In this document: one piece after another, positions 48,544-61,410 of the stretch | How the letters are laid out: each line of letters starts with the position of its first letter | Position numbering within the stretch: position 1 is the stretch's first letter | NCBI RefSeq assembly: GCF_035594765.1 | Contig: NC_085845.1 | Span: 108,246,024-108,310,023, forward strand | Direction: 5' to 3' | Source: Anolis carolinensis | Lineage: Eukaryota | Length of the DNA: 64,000 bases | Notes under the pieces: generated by a model | Database searches by the model: none | Told to the model about the DNA's origin: nothing | Seen by the model: the letters and a program-made list of their open reading frames with translations, nothing else | Position numbers and translations under genes: made by a program

Positions 48544-49149
48544 GTATTTGTTCTGGGGATACTATACAGTCAACAGTTTCTTTGCACATTTTAGGGGTCT
48601 GAGATATTTAGTGGCGATATTGCATAAAATATACATTATGATCATACATTCAACAAGAAACTGCTTATATTTGCTTGGTATCTTTTCTGGAATCACAATT
48701 GTGCTTTGAAAACTGGCACTTTGTAAACTTGCTTGAAAATAAAGTTGTGGGTCCAAGATTTGAGCTGGTAGCTTAATTTAAGTATTTTTAAAATCCTTTT
48801 GTTTTCAAAGGGAAAGTTAAGATTATACTTACATACTTTCTCCAGTTGATTCCCCCCCCTTTTTTATCTATAAATATACAGGGTGGACTCAATGTATTTA
48901 TTAATACTTTCCATCAATATATTTATTTATTTCATTTTTATCCCATCTTTCTCTGCCATAGGGACTCTAGGCAGCTAACAGTGACATGACCCTATACAAT
49001 AGAATTTAAAAATAAGACAGATGGATATGCATATGAAAATCTTTTTAAAACAAAAAAAATTGTGTCATGAGTGTAAAAGTTAAAAATATGATTGAAACTA
49101 CTGAAATATAATTAAAATTTTCCAATACATGACTTATGCTACCCACAAA

Positions 49150-49850
49150 CTCATTAAAACTAAATTCCCCTCCCTCTAAAAAAAATAAATCATAAAACAA
49201 AAGTTAAAATGGACTTCCCATCTTAAAGATATATTATGAAAATATTGTAATCCTGCTAACTTCCTATCTTTATTCTACCTTACTATCTTAATGTTTTATT
49301 TAATTTTCCAAACCTGTGAGCATTTTTGCATTTTCTCTTTTCTTTGTAAGTGATGCAAATGGTTCCCATTCTTATAAAAGTTGCCAGTTGGCTTGTCCTT
49401 CATCGAACAAGATAAGTTGTCAATTTCTGCCAATTCTAGCGCTTTTATAATCCAGCTTTCTTTTGTGAATAGTTCTTTCTTTTTCCATTTTGCACATAAA
49501 ATAATCTTGCTGCTATAATCCTATAGTGCAGCAATATGAGATGCGTGTTTGTGTTTGTTTGTTTGTTTCCCAATAGAAATAAAGTAAGGTCTGACTGTAT
49601 AATGCAACAACGTGATATTCATGTTTGTGTTTGTTCAATTTTCAATAGAAATTAAGTAAACTCTAGCTGGATTTTGATTTTAAAGATCTCTTGTGTCAAA
49701 TTTTCTATCAGTCTTCAATTATTCTTTTGCTTTGTTGCATGTCTACCATGTATGATAGAAAATACCGCAATGTGTTTTTCATTTCCAGCATAGATTTCTA
49801 GTGTCCTTATGCAATGATTTGAATTCTTTAAAAATGTTTAGCTCTGTTTA
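49150..49850 (-). mobile_element. Decayed L1 ORF2 3' fragment
   Basis: Minus-strand peptide resembling KCWKxKTHCGIFYHTW.TC and ..KW..WIIKALELAE. Confidence 0.6.
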
Positions 49851-51619
49851 CATCTTTTATTTGGTCTGGAAAATATTTTTGTGGAGCCTGGAAACATAAT
49901 AGCATACACACTGTTTTGCTTAGGACAGGAGAAATATTTTCACAAGCAAAGATTTGTGAAATAGTCAAACAAAGAGTTACTTCCTATGACTCACCATATT
50001 TTGGATTTTGCAGCAAAAGCAGCCTATCTGTGTTTCATAATCTTAAGGAATGTATTGAGAAAGAACTTCCTTAATCTTTTCCCTTGGTTGCACAGGTTAT
50101 CATGTTTGAAAAGGACAGATGTATGTAAAGTCTGATGTTCATTGACTTAACATTACAGATGTTTTATTTGTTCTTTTTTGTAGGTCAAGTCTTATGCACA
50201 CACTCACACACAGCATTGTGATTCCTCAACATAAATATTTCCAAATACCGTATTTAATCTAATGATCAATTTTTTTGGCTACATTATCTAAGGGTAGCGC
50301 ATTAGATCTGTGTGATATGGTAATCTTACTGCTGAACCAAAGCAAATGAGGAGACTACACCTGGAACTCCTATCTGAGGGACGTTGCCTCTCATTTAATT
50401 GCCATGGCTCAATACTATGCAGTTTGGTGAGGCATCAGCATTCTTTGGCAGACAAGGCTCAAGACCTTGTAAAACTACAGCCCCCACGATCCCATAGCAT
50501 TGAAGCAAGACAATTAAAGTGGGTTCATTCTACACTATAAATGCACCCCAAGGTTTTCTTTTCCATTGCTAGACATCTTGGTGCCCTAATATTTTTGTTT
50601 TTAAAGGAGGAATTCAGGCAGCAATGGTGATGCACACTTTTTTTTTGGCCAAATGTGATTCCGCTGTGCATCACGTTTGGCAGCAAATACCTTTTTTGGT
50701 TTCAGGGTTTTGAACATTAAGGTGCCCATTAGATTAAATGGTGCATTAGGCTCAAGTAAATCCAGGTATTTTGGGGACAATAGGACCACATATCTGTGGC
50801 ACTTGTATCCATGGTTTAATTTAACAACACCCAACAAAAGGTGTCCTTTCTAAGCATTCTGTAGATGCTCCTCCATGACTGTGATGTTTTGGGGCTAGAA
50901 GTCCTTCATTTCAATATGTTTCACTATTATTTGTGGTTTGAAACGTCCACAGAAATCCTGAGAACATATCTCTCTTGGATGAAAGGATCATATTGTATTC
51001 CACACAAAGTATTACATCCTTTCCCAAAACAAGCTTCACGGAAAAGTATTTTTTCAATGACAGGTGTAAAGGGAAGTGATTTTTAAAAGACAATATGCTA
51101 GTACAGACTAGACCATTAAAAGTTGTGAACTGACATGATTTTTATGTAAATAATCAAACGGATCTGTATTATCATTCTGTATTATCTTGTTTCAGTCTCG
51201 TTACTGGTTTGTTTGGCCAGTCTCTCTCCTAGTACTTATCACGGAATCACCAACTACCAGTTAGTGAACTTGTGCAACCATAGGTTGCAATTTAAGTCAC
51301 TCTTCCAGACTGACTGCTCCTCTTTATGTGAGTTGCTACAACAGATTATTACCATAGTAGGAAAAACCCTTACGGTGTAGTTCCATGCTCAGCAGTCGTT
51401 AAGACTTGTATTGGCTACCTTCTATAGAAACAGGTCATGGCCTGTTGGGTTAAAGCTCTTTACCCCTTGATCAATTGGGGCATTCCAGTTAATTTTAATC
51501 AATGAAAGCCTGTGGCCTTGAGATTAGAAATATATATTTTTCTCTCTTTTCTGATGTCTGGAAGGCAGTTGTAATTATTTTCTAGAATGGTATCTAAGAA
51601 GTTATTCAATTCTCTTTAG

Positions 51620-51735
51620 GGCCTCATCCTAGGAGTGTTTACCAACGAGAACGAAGAGGGACCATCGCAATTTACTAATGCAGCTGACACATTTGACAAA
51701 CATGTATCTGGGAAGCTTAGAGAGTTGTTGGCCAT
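51620..51735 (+). CDS. LAP3: LAP3 exon 2
   Basis: ctttag|GLILGVFTNENEEGPSQFTNAADTFDKHVSGKLRELLAI|gtaagt; 116 nt. Confidence 0.95.
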
Positions 51736-52621
51736 GTAAGTATCGAAATGAGTTGTTTGTTGAGAGATGAATCAACTCTGCATATTTCTCAGGAGAATAT
51801 ATCTTCCCATATACCCCATTTCTTGCCAGTTTCTTTCTTCCTTCTTCTGCAGGGTTGGCTTTGCTGTTAGGCAGAGTGAGGTGGCTGCTGCAGGCAACAG
51901 ATCATAGTATTTATTTATTTAAATGTACATCCTGTCTTTCATTCAATATGGCATCAAGTGTGCCCTGAAAAGGCACCAGGTAGTTAATAAATCAGTGACT
52001 TAATTTGTTTTTGTAGTATTGCATTTTAACTGTCAGAAATATCTGCATGTTGGATTTTCTGTCCTATCAGTGTATTTTGAGTGGCTTTTGAACAAGAGGA
52101 GTAGGTAAAGTGTCTTTTGCTGTTTGTCCTCAGACAGCAGAATGTCTTGGGATGCTCTATCCACTCTTTCCTGCTGCTTGTCTATTCCTGTCTCTTCCCA
52201 CAACTCACAGTTTCCTTTCTCCACTCAAAAGGAAACTTTTTATGGCTTATTCCAGTTCTTTTCCTGCTTTTTGCGGCCAGAAAAGATCCAGAAAGGTTCT
52301 CTCTAGCTTTTGTGGGCTGTAGGTAGTTCTGGCTTGATAATATCCTATTCTATGTCAGTCTTAGCTCCCTTCAGAGCCACTATTACTTAACCTAAATCAA
52401 GCAAGACGTAATCTACCAGCATATTATATTGTTAAGATTTCTACTTGTCCCAATTACACGCTAGTAACATTTTCAACAAAAGCTTCTCTTGTTGGCTTTT
52501 GCAGATCAGGTTGCAGTTATAGGCATAGGGGCAATCCAGGTTGTCTTTTCTAAACAGCTGGCAATCCTACATGTTACCTGTTGTCCAATGGCCTCCTAAC
52601 AATATTTGTTCTGTGTTCTAG

Positions 52622-52676
52622 TTCAGGACCTTCGTTGAAGAAAGGAAAAACCCGTATCTTTCATGGCCTGCATCAG
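52622..52676 (+). CDS. LAP3: LAP3 exon 3
   Basis: ttctag|SGPSLKKGKTRIFHGLHQ|gtatgg; 55 nt. Confidence 0.95.
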
Positions 52677-52791
52677 GTATGGAAATTTTCCTACCCATTT
52701 TCTTCCTCCAAAGGTTTTCCTTTTTATGCTTTCGTTAATTTTATTGCACTGCATTTTATTGTACTGAATGAGCAAAAACTCACTGTCACTT

Positions 52792-53864
52792 TGTCAAGAG
52801 TCAGACGCCAGTTACAAAACAGAGTTTATTCCGAAGATAAGCCAAAAAATATCATAAACACAGGAAATATCCTTGAAACACTTCACTTATCAGTGTTTCG
52901 AGAGTAGATTGGACAATAGTAACTCAAAAACGAGCCACGCTAATTTCCCATGCTGGCATTCAATAAAAAACTAAATAACGCTTCAATTCAGCTTTGGAAA
53001 ACAAATAGAGTTAATTGCTGGAAAATAAACTAGAAAAGCAGTAAAACTGCTTCCACGGTGCAGCTAAGCCGAGAGCCTCAAAGGGATGATGAATAGCCGT
53101 CGTCAGAAGAATCCAAGGTCAGGTCAGGAGGCAGCAGAAATTCCGAAAGACAAACCAGTAGTCAGAAGCCGGGAAAAGTAGTCAGTCAGAGGGCGAAGAC
53201 AGAAGCCAGGTCAAATACCAATCCAGAGTCCGAAGAGGGTGCAGTCATCCAAACCAGGTCCACGAAAAGGCACAAAGATGGTATCAGCAGATCCGAATCA
53301 CAGTCCAAGTCCAGCACAGAGATCCCAATGGCGCCTCAGCAACACCTTGCCACACGCAAAGTGCAGTGGCCAAACATTCCCATTTTATTCCCCTTCCTCC
53401 TGGGTGACCAAACACTCACACCCAAACACCAGGTGTCCCAAATCTACTCAGAGTCTGAACTCCACACAGCTAGAGCTCGTGGATCTGGAGTACCTAGCAA
53501 TTTGTCGGAGTCCCAATCATCCTGCCCACACTTAGCCCCATGAACACTTAAAGAACCATCCTCCCTTCTCCAAGCATCCCAATTGGGATCAGCTCCTGCA
53601 GAAACCCCAGGTTCAGAAGTATCCATAGACCCCAAATCCCCAGACATCTCCGGTGGCTGTGCCCATTCAGTGCCCGCTTCCCCAGCCACCACCTGTTCTT
53701 CAGCATCCATCTCCCCATCTGAATCTTCCTCAGAAGATCCCCCATATAGCTCTCTAAGTCGCTTCCTACGCAACTCCTCCAGTGAACCCTCATCACGAGG
53801 GGTTTTTCTTCCTCTTCGAATTCCATCACCATCAACCATAATCCCCGAAGGCGCAGTCACAACA
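52792..53864 (-). mobile_element. Solo LTR (1073 bp) in LAP3 intron 3
   Basis: Minus strand TGTTGTG...TCTTGACA; perfect 5-bp TSD CACTT (52787-52791 / 53865-53869); minus-strand AATAAA at ~52825. Confidence 0.9.
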
Positions 53865-55432
53865 CACTTTTTCAATGTTTTCTCAAAATAGCTGAAATGT
53901 AGCTTCACTGTTAGGACCAAGCTAAGCATGATGGTGGTGCAGCCATGTGTAGAATTAGGTTTATTTCTGAGTCCTTCTAAAAGGGAAAGGAGGGTGGCAA
54001 AACAAAATTCAGTATGATGGGAACACTCCCAGAAAACCCATGCTATGCTTTAAAATGTTTTTCATACTGGTTGTGCTATGATGCCAGAAGTAAGCCCCTC
54101 TGGAGGAAACCAGTTAGAGTCCTAGTTTGGTAACTGACAGAACTGGTTGGTGAAACACCTGGCTCTGTTTCTGCGCCTTAAGGTATTCCTCATTCCTTGT
54201 TTATAGGGGATTGGCAGGTTGAGCATTAGAACACAGCTGCCATCACATCTCATTGTGTCCTTAAATTACAAGTAAGGCTTTAGGCCCAGGAAAGACATCT
54301 GGGACAAAAACAAAATTTACTTGTAATTAGCCATGACCCTAATTACCAGTAATTTTTTTTGCCAGCTCAAGGCTCCTGATAGTTTGCCCTCAAGTGTATA
54401 TGTCCTCGTGAGATGCCACCCAAAACTATCTGGTGGATACCACCCCTTCCCATCAATGTTTTGGAGTTATTATCTTGGCAATATACTCACAATCGTGCTC
54501 AGGAGCAAGCATGAAAAATGGCCACCTAGCTTTTGGGGCATCTAGGTGGGCCTAAAATTCCATAAAGGAACCAGATCATTTCTGAACCTGAAACTAATTA
54601 GGTTCAATCCTAATGAATACCAAATGAAGTAGGCTGTATTTCAGAGGAAGAAACTAACAACATATCACACCCGCATAAGTAAATTTGTAGTGAAAGTATC
54701 ACAGAAGTGAACATTTATTATTTTCTTAAGAGGCTCTCAGATTTTTCCTACCATGTAATGAATGCTGAGATCCACTTCAGGTATTTATTGAGGCATTTAA
54801 CTGGCATGTTAATGTTTAAAGAAATACTTATATATTGATGGAAGAGTTTATAAATGATCGTTGTTACAAATTATGCACTGCCTGTTTTGTAAAAAATATC
54901 ACCATGTAACGTTTATCTGTAATTCAACCCTAAACATTTTACAGCAGAATTGCGCATTTAGAAGAGGCAGACAGAATAAAAGATAGGTGTTGTAAAATCA
55001 GCATTAAGTAAAAGGGAGACCAACAACCAATTTTAAAAACTATCTTCCAAAATATTTGGGGAAAAGTGCCGCATGAAACACAGTTGCATGAAACACTTTG
55101 CAAGTTTTTAACTATATAGGACTTCAGAAATAGTTTCTGTTCATTTCACTTGAGCTTTTGCAGGAGATTTTGTACTTTATTATTTGACATACATACATAA
55201 CATCAAGAGGATATAAGGGCCTAAACAACGCTACTAGCTTCAGCTTAAGTAGACCTACTGAATCAGTCAGATTTAATGGGTGTTGCTTTTCCATTCCATT
55301 TTTTTCCAGTAGGTCTGCTCTAGTTTGAATTAGATATTGGTTTCCAATGTGAAAGAATTAAGTGTTGGGTTTGCATTCAACATTTGTAATCACAGGAAAA
55401 AAATACCTAAACTTCTCTTTTGTTTGCTTCAG

Positions 55433-55538
55433 GATTTTTCGAGCATAGTAGTTGTTGGCTTGGGTAAAAAGGCAGCTGGAGTGAACCCATATGAAAACTG
55501 GGATGAAGACAAGGAAAATATAAGGGCAGCCATTGCAG
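55433..55538 (+). CDS. LAP3: LAP3 exon 4
   Basis: cttcag|DFSSIVVVGLGKKAAGVNPYENWDEDKENIRAAIA|gtaact; 106 nt. Confidence 0.96.
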
Positions 55539-57162
55539 GTAACTTAATGTTGATTTTCATAAAGTGTTATTAACGTATTTTTTTTCAATTCTAAGATATC
55601 AGTTTTAAGACACACACTAATTTCAGTACCATCAACAGAAAAGCTGTATTTTTATATAAGAAAAGCACCTGGAATTCTAAGACATACCCCATTTTGAGAG
55701 ATGCTTAAATTGGGAAAAAGTACATTTTCGAATTGAAATAACAGGGTGTGTAATTTATTAACTAGCTCCTTTGACTGGATGTATGCAGCATTTCAAAGGT
55801 AAACATCAGTTTTAGAGTTAGTATCTAAAGCAGTTGTTCAGTTGAATTGAATGTAATTTAAGTTCTCAGTAAGTATCCATACCTTTGTCCTGTAAGAGAT
55901 TGAGCCATACCTGAAAGAATTGTAGCCATAGTATGTAGCCTTTACAGATAAAAGATACTGGGCAAATGGCTTGTGATCTCCTGGAAGAGGAAAGTAGTTT
56001 GGGAGCAGCCTTTCTCTACATGTTACTGCAATTAAGCACAGCCTTAATTAAATATTTCCCTGATTAGGATAGCTAATAAATGTTATCATAAATCAAATTT
56101 CTGTCATAGATTATAGGAGGAGCTGACTCTTAAAATATTCTAGATAAGTTTTATTGATACTCAGCATACTTTTATAGCATACTTTTAAAACAGTGGTTGT
56201 AGACTTTGGCCAGCTGAAATTGCTCATTCATGTCTTTGCCACAGAGGAAAGTTAGTCAAGGCAGAAGTTCCCAGATAAGTGCATTTGAAGTGTACTATGG
56301 AACAGCGTCCAAGTTAATAAATAGATTTACCTTTAAGTTGTTTTAATTGCATACCTAAACTTTTGTATTGGTTCATCCAAACTGGCAACTTGTGCTACTT
56401 TGTTTAATGTTAAGCAAAAGTCTTTTTGAATCTTTGCTGTTTTCCCTATCCATTTTTTAAAAAGGAAACCTATGGTTTCATTCTGCCCTGAAGTGACTGA
56501 GGTTATTGGAACCTCCTCATAAACACATAGTAGTCTTTCAGGAATGCCTTACCATATGTATCCAGAAATGTATGCCTGACTTTGGTACACAACAAATAAA
56601 GCATTGCCTTAGACTGCATGTGGGACCTTACAGATGGTCTTATTGCCTTTTCCCTTGTCTACTCTGCTAGTTAGAATACACAGCTTAACCAAATTGAGAG
56701 GGGTCTAGTGACTTGGCAAGCACTCAGATGGAAGGACAGGTCCATAGTAACTTCGGTTATTTTTATTTATCTACTTTATATCCCATCTTTCCCCCAACAA
56801 GGGACCTAAAGCATAAATATACAAATTGCATGCACAAGCATACATATACTAGGGACTAAAATGGTTCAGAACCCAGTGGACTTCCATGTTCAAGCAGGGA
56901 TCTAACCCTTGATCTCAAGAGTTGTGATCTACATATGTAATTAACAAACACTGGGTGGAAAAGAAGTAAGTGCAGCAATGAAAAAACACCACCCCCCAAA
57001 CACATTTGGTAAATCTGGGTAAGTCTCATTTAGATTTGTAAGAGTGGACAATCTAATCCAAGTAAAGAGTTGTGTTTTCAGAGAGGGGTGTAACCTCTTT
57101 CTCCCTCTCTTTCCTATCTTCAGTTATTATTAATACTGCAAATTGATGTATTTATGTCTCAG

Positions 57163-57322
57163 CTGGATGCCGGCAGATCCAGGACCTTGAAGTTCCTTCT
57201 GTAGAAGTTGACCCTTGTGGAGATGCACAGGCTGCAGCTGAAGGAGCCCTACTTGGCCTCTTTGAATATGACGAACTTAAACAGAAAAAGAAGCCACCGG
57301 TTGACGTTCAGTTACATGGAAG
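57163..57322 (+). CDS. LAP3: LAP3 exon 5
   Basis: tctcag|(A)GCRQIQDLEVPSVEVDPCGDAQAAAEGALLGLFEYDELKQKKKPPVDVQLHG|gtaatt; 160 nt. Confidence 0.96.
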
Positions 57323-58901
57323 GTAATTAGCTGAGAAATCCTGCCTGTGCAATTGTTTTTTAAAAGAAGTACAAAATTGTTGTTTCTTTTTAACACTCAG
57401 AGAAAACAGAAGTAAAATTCTTTTTTTTTTTTGTCTTTTTAACAATAAGACAACTCTCTACTTTTTAACAGAACACCTTGAGCAACAAACAGAACAGGCT
57501 TGATTCTTTTTTATTTTAGAATTGCAGCAGTAGATTCATGTTTTTCGAGAGATGCAGTTTGCTACTTTCAATTAAAGGCATTTTCTATTATTACTATTAT
57601 TATTGTTGCTAGTAGTAGTAGTAGTATTGTTGTGGGGGTAAAGCATGGGGCATTTATGCTAGACGAGTAAGATTGTTGGAGCACTGCATCTTTAGAAAAG
57701 AAGCTGTGTCCATCCAGGTCTCTAGAGGCAATAGTGAGTAAAGATACAGAAAAGGGCTGTTTTTAGGCAACAATATATAACATTACGAAATCAGAATTTT
57801 TATTGGCCAATCTATCTGGCTTCCTTCATCCTTCCTCCTCTCTCTGCTGGTTGGAGAGGTTCATGTGGATTGAAAGTGCTTTTCCAGGAATTCCTAAGAG
57901 ATGAGAAATTAAGCTTTTTGTAGCACCATATTTTGATTTTTGAAAGTATTACAGATTGGTCTACTGTTACTTAAGAATAGCCTATACAGCATGACACCAT
58001 ATTGGGAGAAGTAACTGCAGTTTCATCTATTTGTACCCACAAAATGTGTCCTTCCTAAAAATGTTCTAGCTCCTCCGGGCAATTCAATGGTATGTTCCAC
58101 CAGAAGTTACCATAGAATTGACCAGGAGGACCTATACAGTTTCTAGAGAGGATAGTTTTCTAGGGTTTTTCGAGGTCCTCTAAGACCATTCTATGTAATT
58201 TCCAGCAAACATTGTTCAATTCAATGGAGTTTGCTATTATCCAAAGTTTCCTGTTTCCATAGTAAGTTCAGGAACATATGTTATATCCACAGATACAGGG
58301 GTTACATTCTTGTGCTTAGTTTGTCCCTATCAGCTGTGTGAGTCTTTTGCAGAAATCATTCAGTTTTCTTAAATAAAGTGATTAAACAGGGCATATGAGA
58401 ACAGAGGACAGCTTCTTGCAGGTCTTAATGAACAAGGACTCAAGTGTCAACATTAATTATAGCAGTGTACATAGGTTGCTAGTGTCAGTATTGATTCTAA
58501 CATGTACATGTTGAAGTTTCACGGAAATTCTTCAAATTGAAGCTGTTAAATTTTTAAATAAAATGAATTGATGAAATGATCAATGAAAAACTTTCAAAGT
58601 GATTAGAAATGTACTAGAAATGAATTAAAATAATGAGAAATTGTAACTGGTAGAAAAAGCTGTCAAAGTTTAATGAGAAAAACAAATATATTGTTGTTGA
58701 AAACATTAATAAATTAAGGGCAGCAAATTAATTTGCAATGAATGATTTTCAAGCTGTAGATCACTTGTCTTATCAGTTTTGATTTCTGATTCTGATTCTC
58801 TATGAGACGGTTCAGTTTTGTCTCATGGAATGTTGCTGAAGTCTGACATCTGAGTTTTGCCCTGATATGTTATGGTGGTCTCCTATGTATTCCTGTGTTA
58901 G

Positions 58902-59066
58902 TGATGGAACTGAGGCGTGGAAGAAGGGCCTCATCTATGCAAAGGGCCAAAACCTGGCCCGCTACCTAATGGAGGCTCCAGCCAACCATATGACGCCTAC
59001 CAGATTTGCCACTATTGTTGAAGAGAAACTCAAAAGCTGCAGCAACAAAGTGACTGTTCATATCAG
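58902..59066 (+). CDS. LAP3: LAP3 exon 6
   Basis: tgttag|(S)DGTEAWKKGLIYAKGQNLARYLMEAPANHMTPTRFATIVEEKLKSCSNKVTVHI|gtaact; 165 nt. Confidence 0.96.
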
Positions 59067-59658
59067 GTAACTCCTATTTAAATTGTTCCTTTGTTTTCTG
59101 TGAATCTCTGCTAGTTTAAGGCCATAATTAGTCTGTGCTGTTAAATGAAACTGTCCTTGAGTCATTTTCATGGAGATCCGTTGATTAGGAATCTGTATTT
59201 GTCTGTATTTGAGGGCTGGGAAGAGATATCCTAACTTCAAATATACTATTTCCTTCACTGCTGTCAATGTTGTAAAGGCACAGTTACTATTTTTAGATTG
59301 GCAACCATTGAAATATGTATCTAAACATACATTAAAGTATTCTTTTTACGAATTGAGTATCCCTTATCCAATATTCCAGAGTACAAAATTAGTGACACCT
59401 CTCTTGTGTGTTCCTTGTTTCTGTTAGCTCAATGCACGTTTTCCATGCGCAATATATATTTTTAAATATGATGCATAACATTATTTTCGGATTATGTGAA
59501 TGAGGTGTGTAGGAAACACAAATTTCGTGTTGAGATGTGGGTCCCATTTCATTACCTACATGCAAACAGATATTTTAGAATACCACAAAATCTAAAATCC
59601 AAAATGCTTTTGGTCCCAAGTATTTCTGATAAGGGATGCCTACCCTCTATATCTTAAG

Positions 59659-59988
59659 GTAAAGGTAAAGGTTTTCCCCTGACATTAAGTCCAGTCATGT
59701 CTGACTCTGGGGGTTGGTGCTCATCTCCATTTCTAAGCTGAAGAGTCGGCATTGTCCGTAAACACCTCCAAGGTCATGTGGCCGGCATGACTGCATGGAG
59801 CGCAGTTACCTTCCCGCCGGAGCGGTACCTATTGATCTACTCACATTGGCATGTTTTCGAACTGCTAGGTTGGCAGAAGCTGGAGCAACAGCGGGCACTC
59901 ACTCCGCTCCCGGGATTTGAACCTGGGACCTTTTGGTCTGCAAGTTCAGCAACTCAGTGCTTTAACACACTTCGCCACCGGGGATCCA
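59659..59988 (-). mobile_element. Sauria SINE
   Basis: Full length; 15-bp TSD cctctatatcttaag (59644-59658 / 59991-60005). Confidence 0.93.
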
Positions 59989-61251
59989 ATCCTCTATATC
60001 TTAAGAGTTGTGAAATCTACTTCCACTGCTTTCTTAATAATGGCCTGGATTATCATCGTAGTTAATTTTGTTGTTTATCCAATCAAAATACAAAGTCCTG
60101 GATTGGGATTGGGGGAATACCTATAGTGGTATTCCTTGTTTGCTCACAGTCCCAAAAGACTGCCATTGGATCGAAGGACTCTTACCTGTAAATTTTTCCT
60201 GAAAGGATTAAAACATTCTTTCTTTTTCACTTGCATTTTGTTGTTGTGTCTTCAAGTTAGCTTCGGCTTCTGGCAACCCTATCATAGGACTTCCTTTATA
60301 AGGTTTGTTAGAGGAGGTCTGCCATTTGCTTCTTTTCAGTTTGAGGTAGCATAACCTGCCCAAGATCACCCAGTAAAATTACTGTGGCATAGCAGGAATT
60401 TGAACCTTTACATTCTGGATACTTGTCCTTCACTCAAACCACTACATCACATTGTTCCAAAATGATTTTCTTTCTTAAATCACACTATTTGTTTTTGCAT
60501 TCCAAGATACTGGTGTCATTATCCTATTCAGTGAATTTCATGATTGAATGGAGATTTTTTTAGCCACTGCACCAAATTGGTTTTAGCCCCAGGCCTTTGG
60601 AAATGAAAGGCTCCAGAAATGCAGTAAGCATTTTAAGAACGCTTTTTGCACAAACTAAAATAAGAAGTGTTCTTGCTATTGCCTTCACTATCATGGCTGC
60701 TATGCCAACATGGTTTTGCCGCCTCCATTTTCTTTAAATTAATTTAATTGAATGACAGCTAATGTTTTGGAGACCTCGCCATTCTAATGCTAAAGAGATT
60801 TGGGGGATGACCATGTTTTTTATGTGAAAAAGCCAAGGGTAGATCCTTCAGCTATTTTGGGTGTGTAGCACCACTGAACACACCAAAACTATGTAAGATT
60901 AAGACTTTTATGTAACTATGTATAATGTCATTAAAACCCTGGTCTTGGTTTCCTTATTTGTTTTCCACTATGGAGAATCAGTAGAGATAAAACATTTTTC
61001 TCTATTTTTCTAATGTTGACTGTTTTCTCTTTTAGTTTTGTTTGGTTTTTGCCTACTCTTCAAATTGAACCAGAAATGTTCCTTATACTTGAAGTGTTTC
61101 TTAATCCAGTGCCTTTCTAGAGTAGCAAAATAACTTTTTATTTAGAGTGTGCTAATATTGCATATTGGGATTCTGACACTTAGTATAACTGTCTCTCCCC
61201 TCCCCCCAATTTTTAAATGAAGATTTCTGACATTAACCTCTGTTTCTGCAG

Positions 61252-61410
61252 GAACAAATCCTGGATAGAGGCGCAAGAGATGGGATCTTTCTTGAGTGTC
61301 GCAAAAGGCTCAGATGAACCACCTGTCCTTTTGGAGGTTCATTATAAGGGCAGCAGCGATGCCAATGAGCCTCCACTGGTATTTGTCGGGAAAGGGATTA
61401 CTTTTGATAG
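61252..61410 (+). CDS. LAP3: LAP3 exon 7
   Basis: ctgcag|(R)NKSWIEAQEMGSFLSVAKGSDEPPVLLEVHYKGSSDANEPPLVFVGKGITFD|gtatgg; M17 metal ligands K and D; 159 nt. Confidence 0.97.
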
